52,170 nt of DNA from Alphaproteobacteria bacterium (GTDB lineage Bacteria > Desulfobacterota > Binatia > UBA12015), in NCBI GenBank assembly GCA_017853315.1, contig JAFMJW010000005.1, positions 1-52,170 of the forward strand, in the 5' to 3' direction. The notes below the pieces were generated by a model. That model was not told the DNA's origin. It ran no database searches and saw nothing but the letters and a program-made list of their open reading frames with translations. The stretch's first letter is position 1. Each line of letters opens with the position of its first letter. This document shows positions 21,410 to 30,818 of this stretch, piece after piece. The position numbers and the translations under genes were made by a program.

Positions 21410-22629
21410 CCGTGCAGAAGTACGGCGGGACGTCGGTCGGCTCGGTCGAGCGGATCGCGGCGGTGGCCGAGCGGGTCGCCGCGCGCGCGGCGAAGGAGCG
21501 CATGATCGTCGTCGTCTCGGCGATGGCGGGGGAGACCGACCGGCTGCTGAAGCTCGCCCGGGCGCTCTCGCCGGAGCCCGATCCGCGCGAGTGCGACGTC
21601 GTCGCGGCGAGCGGCGAGCAGGTGACCGCGGCGCTGCTCTCGATCGCGCTCGCGGAGCGCGGCGTGCCGGCGCAGTCGTTTCTCGGGCACCAGGTGCGCA
21701 TCTCGACCGACAGCGCGCACGGCAAGGCCCGGATCCAGTCGATCGACGGCGAGCGCATCTCGCGCGCGCTCGACGAGGGGCGGGTCGCGGTCGTCGCGGG
21801 CTTCCAGGGCGTCGACGAGCGGGGCAGCATCACGACGCTCGGGCGCGGCGGCTCCGACACGAGCGCGGTCGCGGTCGCGGCCGCGGTGAAGGCCGACTCC
21901 TGCGAGATCCTGACCGACGTCGACGGCGTCTACACGACCGACCCGCGCGTCTGCCCGCAGGCGCGCAAGCTCGAGCGGATCTCGCACGACGAGATGCTCG
22001 AGCTCGCGAGCCTCGGCTCGAAGGTCCTCCAGATCCGCTCGGTCGAGTTCGCCAAGCGCTACGGGGTCCGGGTGCACGTGCGCTCGAGCTTCAACGACAG
22101 CGAGGGCACCTGGGTGGTGCCCGAGGAGTCCACGATGGAGGACGTGCTCGTCACCGGGATCGCCCACGACAAGGACCAGGCCAAGATCACGATCAAGGGC
22201 GTGCCCGACCGCCCGGGGCTCGCGGCGCGCATCTTCGGGCCGATCGCGGCCGCCAACATCATCGTGGACGTGATCCTGCAGAACACCGGCGAGGACGGCA
22301 CGACCGACGTCACCTTCACCGTGCCGCGCGGCGAACTCGCGGCCGCGCTGCGGATCGTCGACGAGATCCGTCGCGACACCGGCGCGAAGGAAGTACTCTC
22401 CGACTCGACCATCGCCAAGGTCTCGATCGTCGGCCTCGGGATGCGCAGCCACGCCGGCGTCGCCGCCTCGATCTTCGAGGCGCTCGCGCGCGAGGGCATC
22501 AACATCCAGATGATTTCCACCTCCGAGATCAAGGTGTCGGTCGTGATCGACGAGAAGTACGTCGAGCTCGCCGTCCGCGCGCTGCACGCGGCGCTGGTCG
22601 AGCGCGGGGAAGGGGCGCACCCGTCGTGA
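21397..22629 (+). CDS. lysC: Aspartate kinase (alpha subunit)
   Basis: VQKYGGTSVG, VVSAM, TTLGRGGSDTSA, TDVDGVYTTDP, two ACT domains, ISTSEIKVS. Confidence 0.96.
   Translation: MRPLTVQKYGGTSVGSVERIAAVAERVAARAAKERMIVVVSAMAGETDRLLKLARALSPEPDPRECDVVAASGEQVTAALLSIALAERGVPAQSFLGHQVRISTDSAHGKARIQSIDGERISRALDEGRVAVVAGFQGVDERGSITTLGRGGSDTSAVAVAAAVKADSCEILTDVDGVYTTDPRVCPQARKLERISHDEMLELASLGSKVLQIRSVEFAKRYGVRVHVRSSFNDSEGTWVVPEESTMEDVLVTGIAHDKDQAKITIKGVPDRPGLAARIFGPIAAANIIVDVILQNTGEDGTTDVTFTVPRGELAAALRIVDEIRRDTGAKEVLSDSTIAKVSIVGLGMRSHAGVAASIFEALAREGINIQMISTSEIKVSVVIDEKYVELAVRALHAALVERGEGAHPS
22135..22629 (+). CDS. Nested in-frame aspartate kinase beta (regulatory) subunit
   Basis: GAGGAG SD lies 7 nt before an in-frame ATG (codon 247, MEDVLVTGI), as in alpha2beta2 aspartokinases. 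Confidence 0.65.
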   Translation: MEDVLVTGIAHDKDQAKITIKGVPDRPGLAARIFGPIAAANIIVDVILQNTGEDGTTDVTFTVPRGELAAALRIVDEIRRDTGAKEVLSDSTIAKVSIVGLGMRSHAGVAASIFEALAREGINIQMISTSEIKVSVVIDEKYVELAVRALHAALVERGEGAHPS

Positions 22630-24266
22630 GGCGCGTCCAGGTCTACGACACCACGCTGCGCGACGGCTGCCAGACCGAGGAGATCGCGCTCACCGTCGAC
22701 GCGAAGCTCGCGATCGCCGAGCGCCTCGACGCCTTCGGGGTCGACTACGTGGAGGGCGGCTGGCCCGGGTCCAACCCGCGCGACGCGGCCTTCTTCGCAC
22801 CCGCGATGAAGCTCGGGCTGCGCCACGCGAAGATCGTCGCCTTCGGCTCGACGCGCCGGGTGAACCGGGCTGCCGAAGAGGACGAGAACCTCGACCTGAT
22901 CCTGCGCGCCGGCACCCCGGCCGCCTGCATCGTGGCGAAGTCCTGGGACCTCCACGTCCGCGAGGAGCTCCGCATCTCGCGCGAGGCGAATCTCGACGTG
23001 ATCCGCGACTCCGTCGCCTTCCTGCGCGAGCGCCTCGACGAGGTGATCGTCGACGCCGAGCACTTCTTCGACGGCTGGGCGGCGAACCCGGAGTTCGCGC
23101 TCGACTGCGTGCGCGCGGCCGCCGAGGCCGGCGCGACCGCGGTCTGCCTGTGCGACACCCGCGGCGGCAGCATGCCGGCCGTGATCGAGGCCGGCGTACG
23201 GGCCGCGCTCGCGGCGATCGAGGTGCCGATCGGCATCCACTGCCACGACGACGGCGAGCTCGCGGTGGCGAACTCGATCGCCGCGGTCGAGGCCGGAGCC
23301 CTGCAGGTGCAGGGAACGATCAACGGCATCGGCGAGCGCTGCGGCAACGCGAACCTCGTCTCGGTGGTCGCGAACCTCCAGCTGAAGCTCGGCTACCACT
23401 GCGTCGAGCCCGAGCAGCTGCGCGGGCTGACCGAGCTGTCGCGCTTCGTCGACGAGGTCGCGAACCGCGAGCCGCAGAAGCAGCAGGCCTACGTCGGGCA
23501 GAGCGCGTTCGCGCACAAGGCCGGACTCCACGCCTCGGCGGTGCGCAAGCACGCGTCGACCTACGAGCACGTGGACCCGGGCCTCGTCGGCAACCACCAG
23601 CGGGTGCTGGTCTCCGACCAGGCGGGCCGGTCGAACCTGCTCCACAAGGCGAAGGAGTTCGGGATCCCGGCCGAGGTGATCGAGCCGAAGTTGAAGGGCC
23701 TGCTCGCGGAGCTGAAGCAGCTCGAACACCTCGGCTACCAGTTCGAGGGTGCCGACGCTTCCTTCGAGCTCCTGCTGCAGAAGGCGATCCAGGGGCAGAA
23801 GATCCGCCACTTCGAGCTCGCGGGCTTCCGCGTGATCGACGAGAAGCGCCACGAGGACGAGGCCCCGATCGCCGAGGCGACGATCATGGTGAAGGGGCCC
23901 GACGGTCGCGTGGAGCACACCGCCGCGCAGGGCAACGGCCCGGTGAACGCGCTCGACCTCGCGCTGCGCAAGGCGCTCGCGAAGTTCTACCCGGAGATCG
24001 GCGACGTCCGGCTGGTCGACTACAAGGTGCGCGTGCTCGACCAGGGGGTCGGGACGGAGTCGGTCGTGCGTGTCCTCATCGAGTCGGCGGACGCCGACGA
24101 CCACTGGACGACCGTCGGCGTGTCGAACAACGTGATCGAGGCGAGCTGGCAGGCCCTGGCGGACGCGATCGACTTCAAGCTCTACAAGGACCGGCGCGGA
24201 CGCGACGGCCGGGGGGCGGGCTCCCCGCCTGCGCCGGCCGAGCCGGTCGCAGCCGGCCGATCCTGA
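22626..24266 (+). CDS. cimA: Citramalate synthase CimA (LeuA family)
   Basis: YDTTLRDG, EGGWPGSNP, AFGSTRR, DAEHFFDG, IHCHDD, GERCGNANL, AFAHKAGLH, GYQFEGADASFEL, WTTVGVS. Confidence 0.92.
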   Translation: MRRVQVYDTTLRDGCQTEEIALTVDAKLAIAERLDAFGVDYVEGGWPGSNPRDAAFFAPAMKLGLRHAKIVAFGSTRRVNRAAEEDENLDLILRAGTPAACIVAKSWDLHVREELRISREANLDVIRDSVAFLRERLDEVIVDAEHFFDGWAANPEFALDCVRAAAEAGATAVCLCDTRGGSMPAVIEAGVRAALAAIEVPIGIHCHDDGELAVANSIAAVEAGALQVQGTINGIGERCGNANLVSVVANLQLKLGYHCVEPEQLRGLTELSRFVDEVANREPQKQQAYVGQSAFAHKAGLHASAVRKHASTYEHVDPGLVGNHQRVLVSDQAGRSNLLHKAKEFGIPAEVIEPKLKGLLAELKQLEHLGYQFEGADASFELLLQKAIQGQKIRHFELAGFRVIDEKRHEDEAPIAEATIMVKGPDGRVEHTAAQGNGPVNALDLALRKALAKFYPEIGDVRLVDYKVRVLDQGVGTESVVRVLIESADADDHWTTVGVSNNVIEASWQALADAIDFKLYKDRRGRDGRGAGSPPAPAEPVAAGRS

Positions 24267-24282
24267 TCGGCGCGGCGTCGGG

Positions 24283-25476
24283 ATGAACCTCGACCAGCAT
24301 GCCGGCGGCCGAGTGCGGCCGGAGGTGGCCGAGGAGGTCGCGCGCCTGCTGCGGGAGGGTGCGGCGACTCTCGCGAACCCCTCGAGCGCGCATGCGGACG
24401 GCCGCCGGGCGCGCGCGCTGGTCGAGGCGGCGCGGGAGGAGGTCGCGGCGCTCGTCGGTGCGCGGGTCTCCGAAGTCGTGTTCACCTCGGGTGCGACGGA
24501 GTCGAACGCGACCGTCGTGCGCGGCGCCGGGCGGGCCGGGGCGCACCTCGTGTCCACGGCGATCGAGCACGTCTCGGTGCTGCGCGCGCTCGACGCGGCC
24601 GGGGCCGACGGGGCCACGGTCTCGCTCGTCGGCACCGACGCCGAGGGCCGGGTCGATCCCGCTCGCTTCGCGGCGGAGGTACGCGAGGAGACCGCGCTCG
24701 CGAGCGTCGGCTGGGCCAACGGCGAGATCGGCACCCTGCAGCCGGTCGCGGAGATCGCGGCACTGGTGCGTGCGGTCGCGCCGGGAGCGATCGTCCACTC
24801 CGACGCGGTGCAGGCAGTCGCGACCCGCGCGATCGACTTCGGGGCGAGCGGCCTCGATGCGCTGTCGATCGCGGGGCACAAGCTCGGGGCGCTGCCCGGG
24901 ACCGGGGCGCTCGTCCTGCGCGCCGGGCTCGACCTTCCCGCGCTGCTGCACGGCGGTCCGCACGAGCGCGGTCGCCGCGCCGGAACCGAGAACGTCTTCG
25001 GGATCGCGTCGTTCGGGCTCGCGGCTCGCCTCGCGCGCGGCGAGCGCGAGGCCTTTCGCCGGCGCGCCGCCGGACTCGTCGAGCGGCTCTGGGCCGGGAT
25101 CGCGACGAGCTGCGCGCCGGTCGTTCGGCTGGGCGCGCGGGAGTCGGTGCCGACCGTGCTCGCCGTGGCGTTTGCCGGACTCCGGGGCGATGCGCTGGTC
25201 GCCGCCCTCGACCTCGCCGGAGTCGCGGCCTCGACCGGGGCGGCGTGCGCGGCGGGCGGCTCCGAGCCGTCGCACGTCCAGCGCGCCATCGGACTGCCGC
25301 CCGATCTCGCGAGCGGTGCGCTGCGGCTCAGTTTCGGGTGGTCGATGGACGAGGCTTCGGTCGACCGCGCCGTCGGGGCCGTCGCGGACGCGGTGGCGCT
25401 CGCTCGTCGCGCGGTCGCGGCGGGCCGGGGTGTCGCGAGATCCGACGGGCGGGTGGGACCGAGCCGTGCGGCCTGA
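24283..25476 (+). CDS. Cysteine desulfurase (IscS/NifS family)
   Basis: [41 protein letters not shown] (PLP Lys), RAGTENV, STGAAC (catalytic Cys); adjacent to mnmA. Confidence 0.9.
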   Translation: MNLDQHAGGRVRPEVAEEVARLLREGAATLANPSSAHADGRRARALVEAAREEVAALVGARVSEVVFTSGATESNATVVRGAGRAGAHLVSTAIEHVSVLRALDAAGADGATVSLVGTDAEGRVDPARFAAEVREETALASVGWANGEIGTLQPVAEIAALVRAVAPGAIVHSDAVQAVATRAIDFGASGLDALSIAGHKLGALPGTGALVLRAGLDLPALLHGGPHERGRRAGTENVFGIASFGLAARLARGEREAFRRRAAGLVERLWAGIATSCAPVVRLGARESVPTVLAVAFAGLRGDALVAALDLAGVAASTGAACAAGGSEPSHVQRAIGLPPDLASGALRLSFGWSMDEASVDRAVGAVADAVALARRAVAAGRGVARSDGRVGPSRAA

Positions 25477-25483
25477 GGCGGCC

Positions 25484-26614
25484 GTGGAGACGACGGCGGG
25501 GGAGGCCGCCGCACGGGCCGGCTTCGTCGCGCCGGCGCACCTCCCGCCGGGGACGCGGGTCGTCGCAGCGATGTCGGGCGGCGTCGACAGCGCGGTCGCG
25601 GCGGCACTCCTGTGCGGCGCGGGCTACGAGGTCGTGGGCGTCTCGATGCGGCTCGGCGCGTCCGCGTGGCGCGCCGAGGGCCACGCGGGATGCTGCTCGC
25701 TCGACGACTTCGAGGACGCGCGGCGTTGCGCCGAGCGACTCGGCATCCCGCACTACGTGGTCGACTTCCGGGAGGCGTTCGCCGCGAGCGTGGTCGAGCC
25801 GTTCGCGCGCGAGTACCTCGCGGGACGGACGCCCAACCCCTGCGCGGCGTGCAACCGCGACGTGAAGTTCCGGGCGCTCTGGGACTGGGCGCGCGCGATC
25901 GGTGCCGAGGCCGTGGCGACCGGGCACTACGCGATCGTCGGGGGCGGGCCCGACCACGGCTTCGAGCTCCGCGCGGGGGCCGACCGGGCGAAGGACCAGA
26001 GCTACTTCCTGTTCATGCTGGGACAGGCCGAGCTTGCCCGCACGCTGTTCCCGGTGGGGGGACTCGAGAAGCACCGGGTGCGCGAGATCGCGCACGCGCT
26101 CGGGCTCCCGGTGTCCGCGAAGCCCGAGAGCCAGGACATCTGCTTCGTCGCGGGCCGGCGCTACGACGAGGTCGTGCTGGAGATCGCCGGTCGCGAGTCG
26201 CTGCGGCCCGGGCGCATCGTCGACGAGAGCGGCGTCGAGCTCGGGCGCCACGACGGCATCCATCGCTTCACCGTCGGCCAGCGCCGGGGGCTCGGCGGCG
26301 GGTCGGCGGAGCCACGCTACGTGGCGTCGATCGACGCGGAGAGCGGCGACGTGGTCGCGGCGCCACGCGCGGCGCTGGCGCGCGATGGCTTGCGGGTCGA
26401 AGACGTGCGCTGGGTGGCCGGGCCGTGGCACGGGGCCGCGCGCGTGCGCCTTCGACACCGACACGAGCCGGTCGCCTGCACCGTCGAGCCCCACGGCGGG
26501 GCCGCGCGCGTCCGCTTCGGGTCGCCCACCGCCGGTGCCACCCCGGGGCAGGCTGCCGTGTTCTACGACGGAGACCGGGTACTCGGCGGCGGCTGGATCG
26601 AGGCGGCCTCGTGA
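25484..26614 (+). CDS. mnmA: tRNA 2-thiouridylase MnmA
   Basis: [65 protein letters not shown]. Alternative start GTG 25466. Confidence 0.95.
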   Translation: METTAGEAAARAGFVAPAHLPPGTRVVAAMSGGVDSAVAAALLCGAGYEVVGVSMRLGASAWRAEGHAGCCSLDDFEDARRCAERLGIPHYVVDFREAFAASVVEPFAREYLAGRTPNPCAACNRDVKFRALWDWARAIGAEAVATGHYAIVGGGPDHGFELRAGADRAKDQSYFLFMLGQAELARTLFPVGGLEKHRVREIAHALGLPVSAKPESQDICFVAGRRYDEVVLEIAGRESLRPGRIVDESGVELGRHDGIHRFTVGQRRGLGGGSAEPRYVASIDAESGDVVAAPRAALARDGLRVEDVRWVAGPWHGAARVRLRHRHEPVACTVEPHGGAARVRFGSPTAGATPGQAAVFYDGDRVLGGGWIEAAS

Positions 26615-27378
26615 CGCGGGTCGACCTCGAGGAGGAGGAATCCGCGGCGGAGGCCCGGCTCGAGGAGCGGCTCGGCTACGCCTTTCGCGACCGAGAGCTG
26701 CTCCGGACGGCTCTCACGCACCGCTCGCACACCGCCGGCCCCGGGGCGCAGAACGAGACGCTCGAGTTTCTCGGCGACGCCGTCCTGGGGCTCGTCGTGA
26801 CGGAGCTTCTCGTGCGGGCCTGGCCTCGCGTCGGCGAGGGGCGTCTCACCCGTCGGCGCGCCTCGCTCGTGAGTGCCATCTCGCTCGCGCAGAGGGCGGC
26901 GGCGCTCGGGCTCGGCGAGTTCCTGCTGCTCGGCCGCGGGGAGGAGAAGACGCGCGGCCGCGAGAAGCCCTCGATCCTCGCGGGCGCCCTCGAGGCGGTG
27001 CTCGGCTCGATCTTCTTCGAGGGAGGGTTCGAGGCCGCCCGCGGCGTGGTCGAGCGGCTCTTCCGCGAGGAAGTGATCGGGGTCGAGCCACCGGCCTACG
27101 GCGGCGGCGAGTTCAAGACGCAGCTCCAGGAAATCGTCCAGCGCGATCTCCACGCGGCCCCGGAGTACTCGATCTCGAGCACGAGCGGCCCCGACCACGC
27201 GCGCGAGTTCCACGTCGAGGTCTCGGTCGCGGGGCGCGTTCTCGGGCGAGGCAGCGGCTCGAGCAAGAAGATCGCGGAGTCGGGGGCGGCGCGGGAGGCC
27301 GTCGAGCTCCTGCGGGCCGAGGCCGGCGAGGCCGCATCGGCGCCGCGTGCCCTCTCCGCGGCGAGGACGCGAGCATGA
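26611..27378 (+). CDS. rnc: Ribonuclease III
   Basis: [25 protein letters not shown]; dsRBD FKTQLQE...GPDHAREF...GSSKK. Confidence 0.95.
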   Translation: MTRVDLEEEESAAEARLEERLGYAFRDRELLRTALTHRSHTAGPGAQNETLEFLGDAVLGLVVTELLVRAWPRVGEGRLTRRRASLVSAISLAQRAAALGLGEFLLLGRGEEKTRGREKPSILAGALEAVLGSIFFEGGFEAARGVVERLFREEVIGVEPPAYGGGEFKTQLQEIVQRDLHAAPEYSISSTSGPDHAREFHVEVSVAGRVLGRGSGSSKKIAESGAAREAVELLRAEAGEAASAPRALSAARTRA

Positions 27379-28322
27379 ACGAGTCCCGCGAGCTCGATTC
27401 GGGGGGAATCGCGGACGGCGGCGGTGCGCCCGCGGCCGCCGGCCACCGCGCGGGCTTCGTCGCGCTCGCCGGGCTGCCGAACGCCGGCAAGTCCTCGCTG
27501 CTGAACGCGGTGCTCGGACGCAAGCTCTCGATCGCGACGCCGAAGCCTCAGACGACCCGCAACCGCATCCTCGCGATCGAGAGTCGACCCGGCGTGCAGT
27601 TCCTGTTCGTCGACACCCCGGGGCTCCACCGGGGGCGGAACCTGCTCGGCGAGCGGATGGCGCAGGCGGCGGGCGACGCGATCGCGGACGCGGACGTCGT
27701 CGCCTGGGTGCTCGATGCCTCCCACGCCGAGCCCGAGGCGGAGGCCGCTCTCGCCGCGCGCCTCGCCGAGTCCGGGAGACCCGTCGTCGTCGCTCTCAAC
27801 AAGATCGACCGGGTCGACCGTGCGACGCTTCTCGCCCGTGCACAGCGGGTCGCCGACCTGCTGCCGGGACGCCACGCGGTTCCGGTCAGCGCGCGCACCG
27901 GGGAGAACCTGCCCGAGCTGCTCGAGACGCTCCGGGCCGCGCTGCCCGAGTCGCCGCCGCTCTACCCGGAGGACGCGGTCACCGACCGTCCGGAGCGCTT
28001 CTTCGTCGCCGAGCTGGTCCGCGAGCAGGTGCTGCTGGCGACGCACGAGGAGGTGCCCTACGGAAGTGCGGTGGTGATCGACTCGTTCGAGGAGCGCGAG
28101 GGCCGGAACCTGATCGCGATCGAGGCGACGATCCTGGTCGCTCGCGACTCCCACCGCGGCATCGTGATCGGCCGCGGCGGGCAGCGGCTGAAGGAGATCG
28201 GCCGAAGCGCCCGCCTCGAGATCGAGCGTTTCCTCGACACGCGGGTGTGGCTCGGACTCCGGGTCAAGGTCGACCCCGACTGGTTCGCCTCGGGTGGGAA
28301 GCTCGCGGAGATGGGGCTGTGA
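27375..28322 (+). CDS. era: GTPase Era
   Basis: GFVALAGLPNAGKSS, KPQTTR, DTPG, NKID, EVPY, KH domain GIVIGRGG. Confidence 0.96.
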   Translation: MNESRELDSGGIADGGGAPAAAGHRAGFVALAGLPNAGKSSLLNAVLGRKLSIATPKPQTTRNRILAIESRPGVQFLFVDTPGLHRGRNLLGERMAQAAGDAIADADVVAWVLDASHAEPEAEAALAARLAESGRPVVVALNKIDRVDRATLLARAQRVADLLPGRHAVPVSARTGENLPELLETLRAALPESPPLYPEDAVTDRPERFFVAELVREQVLLATHEEVPYGSAVVIDSFEEREGRNLIAIEATILVARDSHRGIVIGRGGQRLKEIGRSARLEIERFLDTRVWLGLRVKVDPDWFASGGKLAEMGL

Positions 28323-30214
28323 AGAAGCGATCCGGAAGGTCCCGCGGGAGCCGCCGCCCCCGGGTGCGGCCGACGTCGCGCCCGATCGTCGTCGCGATCG
28401 CGGGGCGCCCGAACGCCGGCAAGTCGACGTTGTTCAACCGGCTGTTCGGCCGCAGGCTCGCGATCGTGGACGACACCCCGGGCGTCACGCGGGACGCGAA
28501 TCGCGCGTTGCTGGTCCACGAGGGCCGCAACTGGGAGATGGTCGACACCGGCGGCATCGAGGAGATGGCTCTCGGCTCCGGCCTCGCGGAGCGGGTGCAG
28601 GAGAAGAGCCTCGAGACGCTGCGTGCCGCCGACGCGATCGTGCACCTCGTGGACGGACAGGCCGGGCTCTCCGCCCCGGATCGCGCGGTCGCCGAGCGCA
28701 TCCGCTCGCTCGGAGTCCCGACGCTGCTCGTGGTGAACAAGATCGACCGCCCCGAGCACGCCGTGCGCGCGCTCGAGTTCACCGCGCTCGGCGAGGGCGA
28801 CCCGGTCGTCCTCTCGTCGGCGCACGGGCTCGGGGTGAACGACCTCTGGGAGGGTCTCGAAGCTCTGCTCGATCGCGCCGGGAGACTCCCGCCCGCGGCC
28901 GAGGAGCCCGAGGAGGAGGAGCCGGCGGACGACGAGGCGGAGGAGGGCGACGGCCGCGCCGCGGCCGCGCACGCAGAGGACGAGGAGGACGATGCGGACG
29001 TCGAGGAAGACCACGACGAGGAGGACGGGGAAGAGCCCGACCTCCCCGACGACCGCCCCGCCCGCATCGCGCTCGTCGGCCGGCCGAACGTCGGCAAGTC
29101 GTCGCTCCTGAACCGCCTCGCCGGCTTCGAGCGCAGCATCGTCGACTCGACGCCGGGGACGACCCGCGACCCGATCGACGTCGTCCTCGAGCGCGGCGGA
29201 CGGAGCTACGTCGTGGTGGACACGGCGGGCCTCCGCCGGCCGAGCCGCATCCAGGAGACGATCGAGGGTTACGCGGCCTCGGCGTCGGTACGCGCGATCG
29301 AGCGCGCCGAGGTCGCCGTGCTCGTGCTCGATGCGACCGTCGGCGTGACCGACCAGGACCTGCGCGTGGCGGACCTCGTCTGGCGGCGCGGCCGGGGATT
29401 CGTCGTCGCGGTGAACAAGATCGACCTCGCGCCGACGCTCGCCGCGGAGCAGTGCCACGAGACGATCCTGCGGCGCCTGCCGCAGTGGCCGCCGGTCCCT
29501 CTCGTGCGCCTGAGTGCGCTCGCGGGGACCGGGCTCGGGACGCTGTTCGCGGCGATCGACACGGTCGTCACGGCCTACCGACGGCGGTTCCCGACGCCGC
29601 GCCTGAACGACCTCCTGCATCGCGCGGTGGAGTCGCACGCGCCGCCGCTCGCCGGGGGGCGCGCGTCCAAGTTGATGTACGCAGCCCAGGTCCGGCGCGG
29701 ACCGCACGAGGTCGCGCTCTTCGTCAGCCGTCCCGACGGCTTCACGACCGAGTACCTCCGCTACTTGCGGCACCGCGTCCGGGAGGAATTCGGGCTCGCG
29801 GGCGTGCCGGTGAAACTCGACGTGCGCGCGCGTCCGAGGCCGGTGCGCGAGCGTCCGCCGGGAGCCGAGGCGAGCGGGGCACCCGCGAAGGACGCGGCAC
29901 CTCGTCGGCGAAGGCCCCGCAAGGGGAGCCCCGCTCGTCCGGCGCGCGCCGGGGTGCGCGGCACGACCCCCCGGCCGGCCGCCACCAAGGAGAGAACGAC
30001 GGCGAAGCCGCGCGGGCCGGTGAAGGGAAGACCGACCGGGGCCGGGCCGGGGCGCGGGCGTCCGAAACCGGGAGCCGCCGGTGGGCGCAAGCCACCGCGC
30101 GGCAAGGCGGGTGGGCCCGCGCGCGGCAAGGGCGGCAAGGGTGCGAAGGGCGGGAAGGGCGGCAAGCCCGGAGGCCGTCGCGGCGGTGTGGCCCGGCGCG
30201 GCGGCAAGCGATAA
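28319..30214 (+). CDS. der: Ribosome biogenesis GTPase Der (EngA) with long acidic linker and basic C-terminal tail
   Basis: Two G domains (GRPNAGKST...DTGG...NKID; GRPNVGKSS...DTAG...NKID), KH-like domain YLRYL...FGLAGVP, then a ~125 aa K/R/G/P-rich tail. Confidence 0.95.
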   Translation: MKKRSGRSRGSRRPRVRPTSRPIVVAIAGRPNAGKSTLFNRLFGRRLAIVDDTPGVTRDANRALLVHEGRNWEMVDTGGIEEMALGSGLAERVQEKSLETLRAADAIVHLVDGQAGLSAPDRAVAERIRSLGVPTLLVVNKIDRPEHAVRALEFTALGEGDPVVLSSAHGLGVNDLWEGLEALLDRAGRLPPAAEEPEEEEPADDEAEEGDGRAAAAHAEDEEDDADVEEDHDEEDGEEPDLPDDRPARIALVGRPNVGKSSLLNRLAGFERSIVDSTPGTTRDPIDVVLERGGRSYVVVDTAGLRRPSRIQETIEGYAASASVRAIERAEVAVLVLDATVGVTDQDLRVADLVWRRGRGFVVAVNKIDLAPTLAAEQCHETILRRLPQWPPVPLVRLSALAGTGLGTLFAAIDTVVTAYRRRFPTPRLNDLLHRAVESHAPPLAGGRASKLMYAAQVRRGPHEVALFVSRPDGFTTEYLRYLRHRVREEFGLAGVPVKLDVRARPRPVRERPPGAEASGAPAKDAAPRRRRPRKGSPARPARAGVRGTTPRPAATKERTTAKPRGPVKGRPTGAGPGRGRPKPGAAGGRKPPRGKAGGPARGKGGKGAKGGKGGKPGGRRGGVARRGGKR

Positions 30215-30225
30215 GGACGCCCGCC

Positions 30226-30804
30226 ATGGCTCTCCTCGACCGCAACCACAGCGTCGTCGTCGTGATCGACGTCCAGGAGAAATACCTCCCGCACCTCCAC
30301 GAGGCCGAGCGCGTCGTGGAGGGCTGTCGCCGCCTGATCGAGGGGGCGAAACTCGTCGGCGTCCCGCTGCTGCCGACCGAGCAGTACCCGAAGGGGCTCG
30401 GGCCCACCGCGACGACGCTCCACGACGCGCTGCCATCGGGTTGCGTCCCGATCGAGAAGTCGACGCTCTCCTGCCTCGGGTGTGCCGACTTCGCGCGTGC
30501 GCTCGAGGCGAGCGGACGGCGGCAGGTGGTCGTCGCCGGCATCGAGGCGCACGCCTGCGTGAGCCAGACCGTCCACGAGTTGCTCGCCACGGGCTACGAG
30601 GTCCACCTGGTCGTCGACGCCGTGTCCGCTCGCTTCCCGCGCGACTACCGGGTCGCGCTGCGGCGGCTGGAGGCGGCCGGCGCGATCCCGACCACGGTCG
30701 AAGCCGTGCTGCTCGAGTGGGTCCGGTCGGCGGACTCGCCCGACTTCCAGGGCGTCCGTCGGATCATCCGCGACCCGTTGCCGGGTACCCCTTCGGGCGA
30801 CTGA
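30226..30804 (+). CDS. Isochorismatase-family (YcaC/ISOC2-like) hydrolase
   Basis: VIDVQEK, TEQYPKGLGPT, IEKSTLSC, AGIEAHACVSQT, VDAVSAR. Confidence 0.9.
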   Translation: MALLDRNHSVVVVIDVQEKYLPHLHEAERVVEGCRRLIEGAKLVGVPLLPTEQYPKGLGPTATTLHDALPSGCVPIEKSTLSCLGCADFARALEASGRRQVVVAGIEAHACVSQTVHELLATGYEVHLVVDAVSARFPRDYRVALRRLEAAGAIPTTVEAVLLEWVRSADSPDFQGVRRIIRDPLPGTPSGD

Positions 30805-30818
30805 GCAGGAGAATTCCC

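Noticed and set aside
30100-30214. Short GGCAAG repeats
   Set aside because: They encode the Gly-Lys tail of Der; no repeat-spacer structure, so not CRISPR or a VNTR.
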